In this document: positions 19,132 to 28,217 of the stretch, piece by piece | Layout of the letters: every line of letters starts with the position of its first letter | Position numbering within the stretch: the first letter of the stretch is position 1 | DNA from: Fimbriimonadales bacterium | GTDB lineage: Bacteria; Armatimonadota; Fimbriimonadia; Fimbriimonadales; ATM1 | NCBI GenBank assembly: GCA_041744215.1 | Contig: JBGTLG010000041.1 | Span: 128,001-192,000, forward strand | Direction of reading: 5' to 3' | DNA: 64,000 nt | Notes under the pieces: generated by a model | What the model was told of the DNA's origin: nothing | The model's input: the letters and a program-made list of their open reading frames with translations, nothing else | The model's database searches: none | Made by a program: the position numbers and the translations under genes

Positions 19132-21189
19132 TTATCTGTTCGCATCGCGCGAACGCGCAGAGGCGAGCGCGAACGGAACCACTCCCCTCGCGCCAGCATC
19201 ACGAAGCTTGATACCAATCGCCGTCAGTGTCCAGCCGGAATCCACAATATCATCGACAAGGAGGCAAACGCCCTCCGGAATCTGCTCTGCAATCTCGAAC
19301 GCGCCCCACACGTTAGAAAACTGATTGAGCGAAGTCTGCATGTCTTTCTGGGGTCGGGTCTGCGCCACCTTCCGCACAGCATCAAAAAAAGGAATACCGA
19401 GCTCATCCGCGAGCCGGCGCGCAAAGTCTGCCGTCACCCTCGAGTGAGCGGAATCGCTCGAAGGAACATACGTCACCCAGTCCGCAGAATCATCGAGCGC
19501 CTGAATCGCCTCAGTTGAAGGAGCGATCAATTCATCCGAGTAGTGCTTCGCTCCGTATTTGCCCTCTCTGACCAACACACCCCAACCAGCATCGTTGTAA
19601 ACGCAAAGCGCGACGCCAGGAAGAGAGCGTTGGTCATCAGACAGCTGCTTCTTTCCGGGATGACCATTCGGAAGCCTCAGTCGCGGCAAGATTGGATGGT
19701 TATCTGCCTTCAAAAACCGTTGAGCCGAAATTACCAGTTCGCGAGGAAGCGACATCTCGCCATGAGGACTGCAGTTGTCACATCGCCCGCAAGCGACCGG
19801 CAGCGGATCGTCGAGAGCACGCGCAAGAAACTCCATCCTACATCCAGCGTGTTCACCGTACTCTTTCATTTGCTTAAGTTCTTCGTACCGCCGGAGAGTG
19901 ATTGCATGCGAACGCTCCCAATCGTAACACCACTCCGGCTTCACTAACTCCCATCCTCCATCGGCGGGCTGCACCGCTCCCTCCACGTCCATCAAGTCGA
20001 CAGCTTGCTGGATCTTTCGAAATCGAAAGTTGAGGTGAGACGCGATATCTCTGACGCTTCTCGGTCCGCTTTGGAGTTCGCGTTTCACCGATTCGAAAAC
20101 CTGCGCTGCAGGAAACGCCTGCTCGATGAACCACGACGTGATGTCGTCGTCTTCGCCGCCTTCGAGCAGCACGCCAATCGCCGTCTTGAGGTTTCTTCCT
20201 GCTCGACCGACCTGCTGATAATACGAAATCACGGAACCCGGCCGCTGGAAATGCACAACGAAACCGACGTCCGGCTTGTCGTACCCCATCCCGAGCGCGG
20301 TCGTTGCGACGAGCGCTTTGATCTGGTTTTCTTTGAACCCCCGCTCCAAGCGCTCGCGCTCGTCGTTCTCCATGTCCGCGTGATAAGCCTTCGCGGAGAT
20401 ATCCTGTTTCCTCAGCCAGGCGGCAACTCGATTCGCGTCGTTCACGGTAAGCGTGTAAACGATTCCTGTTCCCCGGAATCGCGGAACATACTTCGCAAGC
20501 CATGCCAGCCTCTCCGCTTGGTCGCGCATTGGAAAAACGCTGAGTTTCAGGCTTTCGCGCATCAGCGGGCCTCGGATGACATTCAACTTGTCACCGAGTT
20601 GCGCGCTTACGTCTTCGATAACTCGATCGTTCGCGGTCGCGGTGGTTCCGAGAACCGCGCAACTTGGATCGATGCGCTCCACGGTCGAAAGAATCCGCCG
20701 ATAGTCGGGCCGGAAGTCATGACCCCAATCACTAATGCAATGCGCTTCGTCGATGACGAGCAGCGACATTTTTCTTTCGAGATAAGGCAGTAGCTCCTCG
20801 CGGAAATCCCGATTCTTCAGTCTTTCCGGTGAGACAAGCAGCAGGTCGATCTCATTGTTGCGTGTCGCAGACACGAGGTTCGGCCAATCGTCGGGGTTTG
20901 TGCTGTTGATGCTCGCCGCGTTCAGTCCAAACCGCTCGGCAAGCTCGATCTGATTGCGCATGAGTGCCAGCAGCGGACTCACGATCAGCGTCGGGCCCCG
21001 ATCTCGCAAGAGGCGTGTCGCGACAAAGTAGACAACGCTCTTTCCCCACCCGGTCTTTTGCACGACCAACAGCCGCGCGCCAGACTTTAGCAGCGCTTCG
21101 ATTGCCTCCCACTGCCCGTCTCGGAACTCAGCGTCGGGTCCGACCGCCCCACGCAGAACCTGGGTTCCCCGCTCACGCAACGCCTCCAT
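19132..21189 (-). CDS. RecQ-like helicase with C-terminal phosphoribosyltransferase domain (RqlH-like)
   Basis: QKTGWGKS, DEAHCISDWGHDFRPDY, QQVGRAGR, CRM...CGRCDNC, then LLVDDIVDSGWT. Confidence 0.92.
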   Translation of the reverse strand: MEALRERGTQVLRGAVGPDAEFRDGQWEAIEALLKSGARLLVVQKTGWGKSVVYFVATRLLRDRGPTLIVSPLLALMRNQIELAERFGLNAASINSTNPDDWPNLVSATRNNEIDLLLVSPERLKNRDFREELLPYLERKMSLLVIDEAHCISDWGHDFRPDYRRILSTVERIDPSCAVLGTTATANDRVIEDVSAQLGDKLNVIRGPLMRESLKLSVFPMRDQAERLAWLAKYVPRFRGTGIVYTLTVNDANRVAAWLRKQDISAKAYHADMENDERERLERGFKENQIKALVATTALGMGYDKPDVGFVVHFQRPGSVISYYQQVGRAGRNLKTAIGVLLEGGEDDDITSWFIEQAFPAAQVFESVKRELQSGPRSVRDIASHLNFRFRKIQQAVDLMDVEGAVQPADGGWELVKPEWCYDWERSHAITLRRYEELKQMKEYGEHAGCRMEFLARALDDPLPVACGRCDNCSPHGEMSLPRELVISAQRFLKADNHPILPRLRLPNGHPGKKQLSDDQRSLPGVALCVYNDAGWGVLVREGKYGAKHYSDELIAPSTEAIQALDDSADWVTYVPSSDSAHSRVTADFARRLADELGIPFFDAVRKVAQTRPQKDMQTSLNQFSNVWGAFEIAEQIPEGVCLLVDDIVDSGWTLTAIGIKLRDAGARGVVPFALASARSRDANR

Positions 21190-21290
21190 CTTCCCATCAT
21201 TTTGACGCCTTTGTTGGAGCGACCTGCGAACCATTCTGGGAATTCCGTGTCTCGGTAAGACCGGATTCGAATTACAATGTGAGGACTTAC

Positions 21291-22430
21291 ATGTTCGCTT
21301 TCCTCGTACTGCCGCTACTCGCACAATCCACGGTTGTCGTCACAAACATTGCTGAATTGAGGCGAGCGGCCACAAACGCGCAACCGGGGACGACCATCCA
21401 AGTGGCCCCTGGCGACTACGTTGGTGGCGTGTCACTCATGAATCTGCACGGCGCGCCAGGGCGCCCGATCGTCATCGCCGGGCTCGACCACACCAACCCG
21501 CCTCGGTTCGTTGGCGGGTCGGGGGTACAGATCTCAGGGACCAGCCATCTCGAGATTCGCGACATCCGTATCGTAGACACACGCTCCAACGGACTGAACA
21601 TCGACGATTCAGGCCAGCGGACAAAACCCTCGCGACACTTGGTACTCGAGCGGGTCTCGGTTAGTGGTACGCCGAAAGGCAACTTCGATGGCATCAAGCT
21701 GTCCGGTTTGCGCGACTTTCGAGTGTCGAATTGCTACATCGAGCGCTGGGGTGGCTCGGCGATTGACATGGTCGGTTGTCATGATGCGGTTATCGAAGGT
21801 TGTGTGTTCCGCAACGGAGGGGATAACGCAGTGCAAACGAAAGGTGGATCGAGCAGCATCTCCGTTAGGTCAAGCCGGTTCCATGACTTCGGCCTCCGGG
21901 GAGTGAACATCGGCGGCAGTACCGGAGCAGGCTACTTTCGCCCCCCGCTAGAGGAGACGCCCAAGAACGGGCTATACGAAGCGCGCGAGATTCGGGTCGA
22001 AGGATGTACGTTCGTCGGAGGCGGCGCCCCCATCGCGTTCGTCGGAGTGGATGGCGCGCTCGTGCGATTCAACACGTTCGTCGATCCGGCTAGGTGGGTT
22101 GTCCGAATCTTGCAAGAAAATCGTGCCGAAGGATTCGTTCCCTCCAGGCAGGGAGTGTTCGAGGACAACCTCATTGTCTTCTTTTCAGGCAACTGGGCCT
22201 CCGGCGGGGTCAACATCGGCGACGCCACTCTGCCCCAAACTTTTCGCTTCACCAGGAACTTCTGGTTCTGCTCCGACGACACGTCGAAAAGCAAGCCGAC
22301 CCTGCCGACCCCTGAGACTGGGGGCACTTACGGAGTTGACCCCCTCTTGACTGTTGACGATGAGGGTCGTGTCTCTGTCTCTCCAGCGAGCCCCGCCCAC
22401 GGCGTCGGCGCGCATGCCTACCGCCGTTAA
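21291..22430 (+). CDS. Secreted right-handed parallel beta-helix protein
   Basis: GAGGA RBS, signal peptide, AQPGTTIQVAPG.Y, repeated beta-helix coils. Confidence 0.85.
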   Translation: MFAFLVLPLLAQSTVVVTNIAELRRAATNAQPGTTIQVAPGDYVGGVSLMNLHGAPGRPIVIAGLDHTNPPRFVGGSGVQISGTSHLEIRDIRIVDTRSNGLNIDDSGQRTKPSRHLVLERVSVSGTPKGNFDGIKLSGLRDFRVSNCYIERWGGSAIDMVGCHDAVIEGCVFRNGGDNAVQTKGGSSSISVRSSRFHDFGLRGVNIGGSTGAGYFRPPLEETPKNGLYEAREIRVEGCTFVGGGAPIAFVGVDGALVRFNTFVDPARWVVRILQENRAEGFVPSRQGVFEDNLIVFFSGNWASGGVNIGDATLPQTFRFTRNFWFCSDDTSKSKPTLPTPETGGTYGVDPLLTVDDEGRVSVSPASPAHGVGAHAYRR

Positions 22431-22502
22431 GCGCCAAAGAACGCTAAGAGCTAACCAGACCTTCTCCCGAAGATCGGCGCGGCCGCCGGGTACCGTCTTG
22501 GC

Positions 22503-22886
22503 ATGCCGAAGTTTGCGTCCATTGCGCCGGTTCTCGTCGTCCGCGATGTCATCGCGTCAGTTGACTACTGGAAAGAAAAAGTCGGGTGCGACCGTGCCGA
22601 TCTCTATGGGAGCCCGCCTGGTTTCGCTATGGTCGGGAAAGATGGTGTGACGATCATGCTGGCGCAAGCCCCTCAGGGAGTGGATCCGCCTGCTGCGAAT
22701 TGGCGCGTCGTCGATAAGACCAATCAGGTTTACATTTGGGTCGACGATGCGGCGACGCTCTATGAGGAGTTGAAGCAACGTGGAGCGACGATCGATTTCA
22801 CGCTTTATGACACTCCATGGGGTACGCGTGAGTTCGGTATTCAGGACCTCGACGACCACGACATCGCGTTCGGTCAAAAGCTGTAG
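22503..22886 (+). CDS. VOC (glyoxalase/bleomycin resistance) family protein
   Basis: PVLVVRDV, TPWGTREF.IQD.D. Confidence 0.9.
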   Translation: MPKFASIAPVLVVRDVIASVDYWKEKVGCDRADLYGSPPGFAMVGKDGVTIMLAQAPQGVDPPAANWRVVDKTNQVYIWVDDAATLYEELKQRGATIDFTLYDTPWGTREFGIQDLDDHDIAFGQKL

Positions 22887-23408
22887 CTATTCCTTCAGCT
22901 TCATCGACAGGATTCGGTCGCCTTTGTGAATCGAATCTACGACGTCCATACCTTTCGTGACCTTTCCCAAAACAGCGTACGATCTCCACAGCCTTTCGTA
23001 GTCACTCTTAAGAATGAAAATCTGCGAGTCGCCGCCGACTTGCAAACCCGTGCTCGCGATTCCGCAAACACCCCGAAGATAGTCGACGGTCGATTCCTCG
23101 AACGGCAATTGCGTTCCGCTGCCGCCGCCTAAGACCTCGTCGGAGGTGATCGGCTTGTCCTTGCTAGCGGGCGCGCCCCATTGGGTGACCCACCATTCGA
23201 CGCGGTGGACTCTTTGTCGGTCATAGAATCCTGCGCGGACCAGCTTGACGATGTGCTCGACGGTTTTTGGCGAAGCTTTCGGATCGGTTGTTATCTCGAA
23301 AACGCCTTTCGCCTCGACCCGAACTTCGATCACCGGGCCGGCGGGCAGGTACTCCACTTTCGCGGGGACGTAGCCCTGGATGAGGACAGCCGCACAGATC
23401 GCCAACAT
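22887..23408 (-). CDS. Cyclophilin-type peptidylprolyl isomerase
   Basis: SPKTV..I..L...GFYD...HRV..WV.Q.G, GDSQIFI, Y.VLGKV.KGMDVV; start uncertain. Confidence 0.88.
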   Translation of the reverse strand: MLAICAAVLIQGYVPAKVEYLPAGPVIEVRVEAKGVFEITTDPKASPKTVEHIVKLVRAGFYDRQRVHRVEWWVTQWGAPASKDKPITSDEVLGGGSGTQLPFEESTVDYLRGVCGIASTGLQVGGDSQIFILKSDYERLWRSYAVLGKVTKGMDVVDSIHKGDRILSMKLKE

Positions 23409-23596
23409 GCCGATTCGATTCGGCTTGGAGGCCGCCAATTCCTGCAAGCGGAACTCTGGCGGCCGGGGCAGGAGCCCTTTTAGTCTCAGACTCTGCGCCG
23501 CGCTGGTTGACGTGCCCGCTCTCGATTTGCTAACGGCTCTTCAAACTCATCGAACTCATCACGTTTAAACATTGTTAACGCGGTTTCTTGAGTTCA

Positions 23597-23772
23597 CCGG
23601 GTGGGTCGGGGGCGGTGTTCCGCGTGTTGGGGCCGCATCCCTTTCGACATAGGGTCACCGTCGGTTAAGTCCTTGGGAGTGGCAGAAGTCAACCTGCTGT
23701 GAGGTCGACAGTCGCACCGCCCGAGGGAGGTTGCTTCGGCGCGGGCCGGCGGCGCCGCCGGCCCGCGCTTTT
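23597..23772 (+). ncRNA. Candidate structured ncRNA (long rod, possibly 6S-like)
   Basis: GGGCGGTG (23610-17) pairs with CACCGCCC (23715-22); inner TGTTGG/TCGACA pairing; followed by a + strand terminator although no + gene lies directly upstream. Confidence 0.35.
23739..23772 (+). terminator. Perfect 30-bp GC palindrome followed by TTTT
   Basis: GCGCGGGCCGGCGGCGCCGCCGGCCCGCGC-TTTT. Confidence 0.7.
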
Positions 23773-23774
23773 GC

Positions 23775-24554
23775 TCACGCTCTCGGTTGAGGGACGCGGC
23801 CGTTTCTTCGCAGAGCCCAGCGAAGGATCAGCGCGATCGGCAACCAAACGGGAGCAGTCACCAGCACGTACATGATGAACGTGACGAGCCCGCGAACGAT
23901 GTTGCCGAACAGCGTGGACGTGTCGGTCCACGCCGCGGCGAACCAATTCGGATCCGGGCCTGTGACGCCGGGTCCGTCTTGCCACACTTCGAGTTCGATG
24001 CGCGGCATGAGCGCTTCTTCGGAAAGCTGCGCGAATTCGGGGCTAGCCGATTGGGGATCGGCTCCGGCGTACCTTTTCGCGGCTTTCATCGATGCAAGCT
24101 GCGCGGTGACGTCGCGCCCGGTAACGCGCTTGTATTTGCGCGTTCCGAGTGACTGGAGCGCGGTGATCGCGTCGTCAAACTTGTCGTAGGGCACGCGGAC
24201 TGCCATCTCGACTTTCGGCGGGCCGCCGCCCATGTCGCTGGCAAGGGTCGACTCAATGTACCCGCCCCATTCCTTGACACGGGCGTTCACTTTCGACTCG
24301 GCGTCCTCCGCGTCTTTGACCTGGACTCCGAGGTTTGCGGTGCGAACGCTTGCGCGCTCCGTCGTGTCGGTCGCTCCGCCCAGAGCCAAAGGGCTCCCAG
24401 AGGAAGGGGCAGCCGACCTGGTGCTGCGCTCCGCAGCGGCATAATCGTTCTGGCCGTTGGGACTGTCGTTGCAGCCTCCTGACAGGGCCGCAACAACACC
24501 GAAGGCGAGAAGGACAATCGCTATTTTTCGCGTCATGGCAAATGACACCTCCAC
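23775..24554 (-). CDS. DUF4349-domain lipoprotein/membrane protein
   Basis: Lipobox-like LSGGC, RTANL..QV.D, GGYIE, VRVP...FD, GRDVT, C-terminal TM. Confidence 0.8.
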   Translation of the reverse strand: MEVSFAMTRKIAIVLLAFGVVAALSGGCNDSPNGQNDYAAAERSTRSAAPSSGSPLALGGATDTTERASVRTANLGVQVKDAEDAESKVNARVKEWGGYIESTLASDMGGGPPKVEMAVRVPYDKFDDAITALQSLGTRKYKRVTGRDVTAQLASMKAAKRYAGADPQSASPEFAQLSEEALMPRIELEVWQDGPGVTGPDPNWFAAAWTDTSTLFGNIVRGLVTFIMYVLVTAPVWLPIALILRWALRRNGRVPQPRA

Positions 24555-24683
24555 TATTGGTGTACGCCACGCCGCATCTGGTTCATGAGTCGTAAGTCCC
24601 GGAGGGGACTGCAGTCGGTGAGGGTTCCTCGATGTCGGTGTGGCATTCCACCAGCGAAGGCCACACCGGTCTTTGCCTCGATG

Positions 24684-25157
24684 CTATCCGCCGCCGCGCG
24701 GATCGTCTTTCGGATCGACGTACGTGATTCGCCACGGACCCATGCCGTGCAATTGGATGATAGTCTCGGTGTTATGCGTGAATGCGAAGTGGCGCATAGC
24801 TGCCGACATCATCGTGAAACTGCCAACCGGCATCATCTTTGCTTTCGAACGGTCGACGACCGTTCCTTCGCCCATGTGAAACGTGCCGGAGATCACCGTC
24901 ACGTTTTCGTCGGCGGGGTGCCAGTGTGGCGCGATGGCGTAGTTCGCCGGGAGTTTCAGGCGCATCACGAATGGGCCCTCGGCGGCGGGATCCCCGCTGA
25001 TCACTGCGAACTGCGCGCCTTTCGGGAGGGAGGGCGGTCCATCCGACCACCTGATTTCTTCGGGAGTTACAGTCGTCATCTTCGCGCTGGACTCGATCGC
25101 ATAAACGGCGAACACCGCGATGCACCCGGCGACAGCGGCGATTAGTCTTGCATTCAT
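24684..25157 (-). CDS. Secreted cupin-domain protein
   Basis: GAQFAVISGDP, PHWHPADENVTVISG, MRHFA, QLHGMGP. Confidence 0.88.
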   Translation of the reverse strand: MNARLIAAVAGCIAVFAVYAIESSAKMTTVTPEEIRWSDGPPSLPKGAQFAVISGDPAAEGPFVMRLKLPANYAIAPHWHPADENVTVISGTFHMGEGTVVDRSKAKMMPVGSFTMMSAAMRHFAFTHNTETIIQLHGMGPWRITYVDPKDDPRGGG

Positions 25158-25312
25158 TTCGTTCTCTCCTTGGCCCTGAGGCTGGCCGTGCCTTTCGAGC
25201 CGGATTATGATTCGTCCCTGCGCGTTTCCGCGACCCCCGTCCGAACATCCCGGATACGATCGGTCATGAAAGCCCGGCTTGCGATGGCCCTGTTGCCGAT
25301 CGACGCGACACA

Positions 25313-25348
25313 CAAAGATCTGGGTCGGGAACGCGCCCCAGATCTTTG
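25313..25348 (-). terminator. 12-bp stem hairpin downstream of the DUF5602-like gene
   Basis: CAAAGATCTGGG...CCCAGATCTTTG. Confidence 0.55.
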
Positions 25349-25383
25349 CGGAAGGTCACCTCGTGTTGCCGGCAAGCACTCGA

Positions 25384-26196
25384 CTATTCCGCTTCGAGCC
25401 AAACGAATTCTTCGAGGCCGATCACGTATTCCTTGCGAACGGGGTTGTGCCGGATGAAGTACTTCGTAGGATAGTAGCCAGAGACTTGAACTGCCGCGGG
25501 CATCTTGATTGGCGCAGTGATGTTCGGATTCGTCAACAGAAGACTCTTGGTGAACATCGGCTCGATGAAAGTCAACCGTCCATCGTAAGCGCCGTAGATG
25601 AAGGTGTGCGTGAAGGGCGCACCGTTCAGTTCGGGGGTTTGGGTATCGACCCAGTGCCCGCCCATTTTCGGCTCTTCGGACTCCGGAGCGAAGATGTATC
25701 CGGCCGGAACGTATTTTTTATCGGGCGCCTTTCTGCATCGCTCTAAGTCGTCGCCCTCGGCCGTGATTTTCTGTCTGTCTTCGTATTTCATAAGATAGAA
25801 GTGCACGTCGAAGTGCGGCACGTCGTAGACTCCGGGCGGGATGTGGCCTTGCGGGTTCCAATCGAACGAGACGTGGTTGATCGGCGTCTTCTTCACCGCC
25901 TCTGCCGGGTAGGTCAGGGCATATTCCCACCCAGGGGGCTTCGGATAGGTCGGAGGAGGGTCGTCGCGCAAGCCGGTCAGCGCGGTTTCGGAGATCGTGA
26001 CACCGATAGCGACGGGTTTGTCGTCCTTGCCAATCTGGGCCCAACTGAAGACGATCCCGTTCCCGATGATCGTCATCTCGCCGACGTGGTAGCCCTGCTC
26101 TTTGAGCCGGCAGTTTTCGCACGCCGAAGCGACGGAACCAAAAACGGGCAGAACCGCCAGAGCGGTCAATGCGGTGATGAGTCGTACGTATCTCAT
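25384..26196 (-). CDS. Secreted DUF5602/TTHB210-like protein
   Basis: Signal peptide MRYVRL..., DWNPQGH.PPGVYDVPHFDVHFY, MGGHW, FIYG.YDG.LTFIEPM. Confidence 0.8.
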   Translation of the reverse strand: MRYVRLITALTALAVLPVFGSVASACENCRLKEQGYHVGEMTIIGNGIVFSWAQIGKDDKPVAIGVTISETALTGLRDDPPPTYPKPPGWEYALTYPAEAVKKTPINHVSFDWNPQGHIPPGVYDVPHFDVHFYLMKYEDRQKITAEGDDLERCRKAPDKKYVPAGYIFAPESEEPKMGGHWVDTQTPELNGAPFTHTFIYGAYDGRLTFIEPMFTKSLLLTNPNITAPIKMPAAVQVSGYYPTKYFIRHNPVRKEYVIGLEEFVWLEAE

Positions 26197-26662
26197 GTGA
26201 ACGCCTTGCACGCGGGGGTTATACCCAAACGCCATGCCGAGGGTCGGCGAAGCAAGCCGGGGCATTCGGCCCGTGAAGACCGGTACGATGCCGAGCTGAT
26301 TCCTTTCTTTGAATGCGTACAGCCGGTTCCAGTAATACTCGAACACGAGGATGCACTCGTCTTGGCGGTCTCGCGGCAATAGCGGCGGCATCTTGTCCAG
26401 ATTCCGCATCGCCTTCGAGCCGAGCGGAAGTGTCTCTCGCCAGTTGACGCCTTGCTTGTCGAGGTCGGCGGCGGGCGTGGCCGGGTTGAGGTTTTGGTCG
26501 TGGGTGCCGTGGGTGAATTCGTTGACATTCGACTGCCTCAATCAGCACGATCAGAATTCACCCGCGCCACGACGGAAACCGGCGGCTGCACCCCGATCAT
26601 TCGGTCGCCACCATCCGACCTGCTTCTAAACCCTTCCTCCGAGTGCGGGTAGAAACGTCGCT

Positions 26663-28015
26663 GTGCGCAGATCCGGATATCTCGGTCGCCACGATCTCGG
26701 CGTCAACGCGCCTTTTCTTGACTCAGTGCGCCGCGCGTTCGCTGAAATCGATCGCTCGCAATGGCTGAACCCGGAGCAAATCCGATCGAATCAGATCAAG
26801 AAGCTCGCCAAAGTCGTTGGCCATGCGAGTCGCCATGTACCGTTCTATCGAGAGCGATATGGCGGGCAGATGCGCATCGAATCCATTGAGGACTTCCGAA
26901 CCCTGCCGATCATCGATCGACACGAGATTGCCGATTGCGAGATCGAGCATCGCACCGCGAAGAAACTGCCCTTTGGCGACAGCGCACTTTTTAGCGAAAC
27001 TACGAGCGGTACCACAGGCGATGTCGTCACCATTCTGAGAACCAGCAACCTGGAGATTTGGCGACATGCTGCGATGATTCGCGAGCTCGACTTGTGGAAC
27101 ATCGACCCGACAGGCAGCTGCGCAGTTATGCGCGTTCCAGCGAATCCAAGCGACCCCGATTGGAATGCGGACCTTCAGGCAAGTGTTGTTGACTCTTGGA
27201 TGCGAGGGGCGTTCGGTCAGCTTTTCGGCCGGGCGACTGGATTCCACATCGATGCCAGCGATCATACAAGGGAGATTGCCGCACGCGTTCGAAGAGTTGC
27301 CCCTGATTACCTTCAAGCCACCGGCACCCTGCTCTTGTCTTTGATTGAAAACCTCGAAGGCTATCGTCCCCGAGCGCTTCTCACCATTGGGGAGAACCTG
27401 TATCCGCATATGAGATTGGAATTGGAGGCTTCCTACTGCGCACCTGTTTACGACGTGTACGCGGCAGTTGAAGCAAACCGTGTCGCTGCGACATGTCCGG
27501 ACGGTGACGGATACCATGTCCACGACGAGAATGTCTTCTTCGAGCTGTTAAATGACGATGGGTCTGCGTGCGAACCTGGCGAGATCGGAAACATCGTGCT
27601 GACCTCGCTTCATAACTTCGCTTCGCCGATCATCCGTTACGACATTGGCGATCTCGCAGAGGCACCATTGAGGCCGTGCGTTTGCGGGCGAGGGTTGACG
27701 ACCGTCGCGAGTTTTCAGGGGCGGGAGATCGCGAGACTGGTCTTGGAAGGCGGGAGGAAGCGAATCGCGCTCGGGTTCGTCATGACGATGAACGAGATCG
27801 CCGGCGTCAAGAAGTTTCGCCTGACTCAGCGCGGGCTCGATGTGTTTCAATTGCGGATCACGGGCCGCGAGTCGTTGCGCGACGAGGAGATCAGCCGCAT
27901 CAAGGGGAGCCTCGAGCGATCTGTAGAACGGACCGTGTCGCTCACGGTTACTGCGGTCGATGACATTCCGCTCGGGGCCCGGGGCAAGCTGACCAAGGTC
28001 GAGTATGTCGAGTAG
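26663..28015 (+). CDS. Phenylacetate-CoA ligase/CapK-like adenylate-forming enzyme
   Basis: VPFYR, TSGTTG, DVYAAVE, PIIRYDIGD, C.CGRGL, GR, GK. Confidence 0.85.
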   Translation: MRRSGYLGRHDLGVNAPFLDSVRRAFAEIDRSQWLNPEQIRSNQIKKLAKVVGHASRHVPFYRERYGGQMRIESIEDFRTLPIIDRHEIADCEIEHRTAKKLPFGDSALFSETTSGTTGDVVTILRTSNLEIWRHAAMIRELDLWNIDPTGSCAVMRVPANPSDPDWNADLQASVVDSWMRGAFGQLFGRATGFHIDASDHTREIAARVRRVAPDYLQATGTLLLSLIENLEGYRPRALLTIGENLYPHMRLELEASYCAPVYDVYAAVEANRVAATCPDGDGYHVHDENVFFELLNDDGSACEPGEIGNIVLTSLHNFASPIIRYDIGDLAEAPLRPCVCGRGLTTVASFQGREIARLVLEGGRKRIALGFVMTMNEIAGVKKFRLTQRGLDVFQLRITGRESLRDEEISRIKGSLERSVERTVSLTVTAVDDIPLGARGKLTKVEYVE

Positions 28016-28156
28016 ATAGTTACGAACGGCGGCCGCCTGTGCGTTTTTTTCAAGCCAGGGCGCTGGCGGGGCTGGGCTGGGAGGGCGACCCAGCGGGCCG
28101 CAAGTTGGCCGAGCTTGTGCCCGACGAAAAAATTTCCAAAAAACTCCCCAAACCCC

Positions 28157-28185
28157 TTGACAAGCGCACAGATGTGCAGTAGAAT
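28157..28185 (+). promoter_or_regulatory. Sigma70-type recA promoter containing a palindromic operator
   Basis: TTGACA (28157-62), 17 nt, TAGAAT (28180-85); GCACAGATGTGC at 28166-77. Confidence 0.8.
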
Positions 28186-28217
28186 CCTGTCTACCTACGG
28201 GTAAATGGAGGAGAAAG

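Noticed and set aside
20964..21324. Long head-to-head overlap of the RecQ-like and beta-helix ORFs
   Set aside because: Artefact of upstream start calls; plausible starts are 21189(-) and 21291(+).
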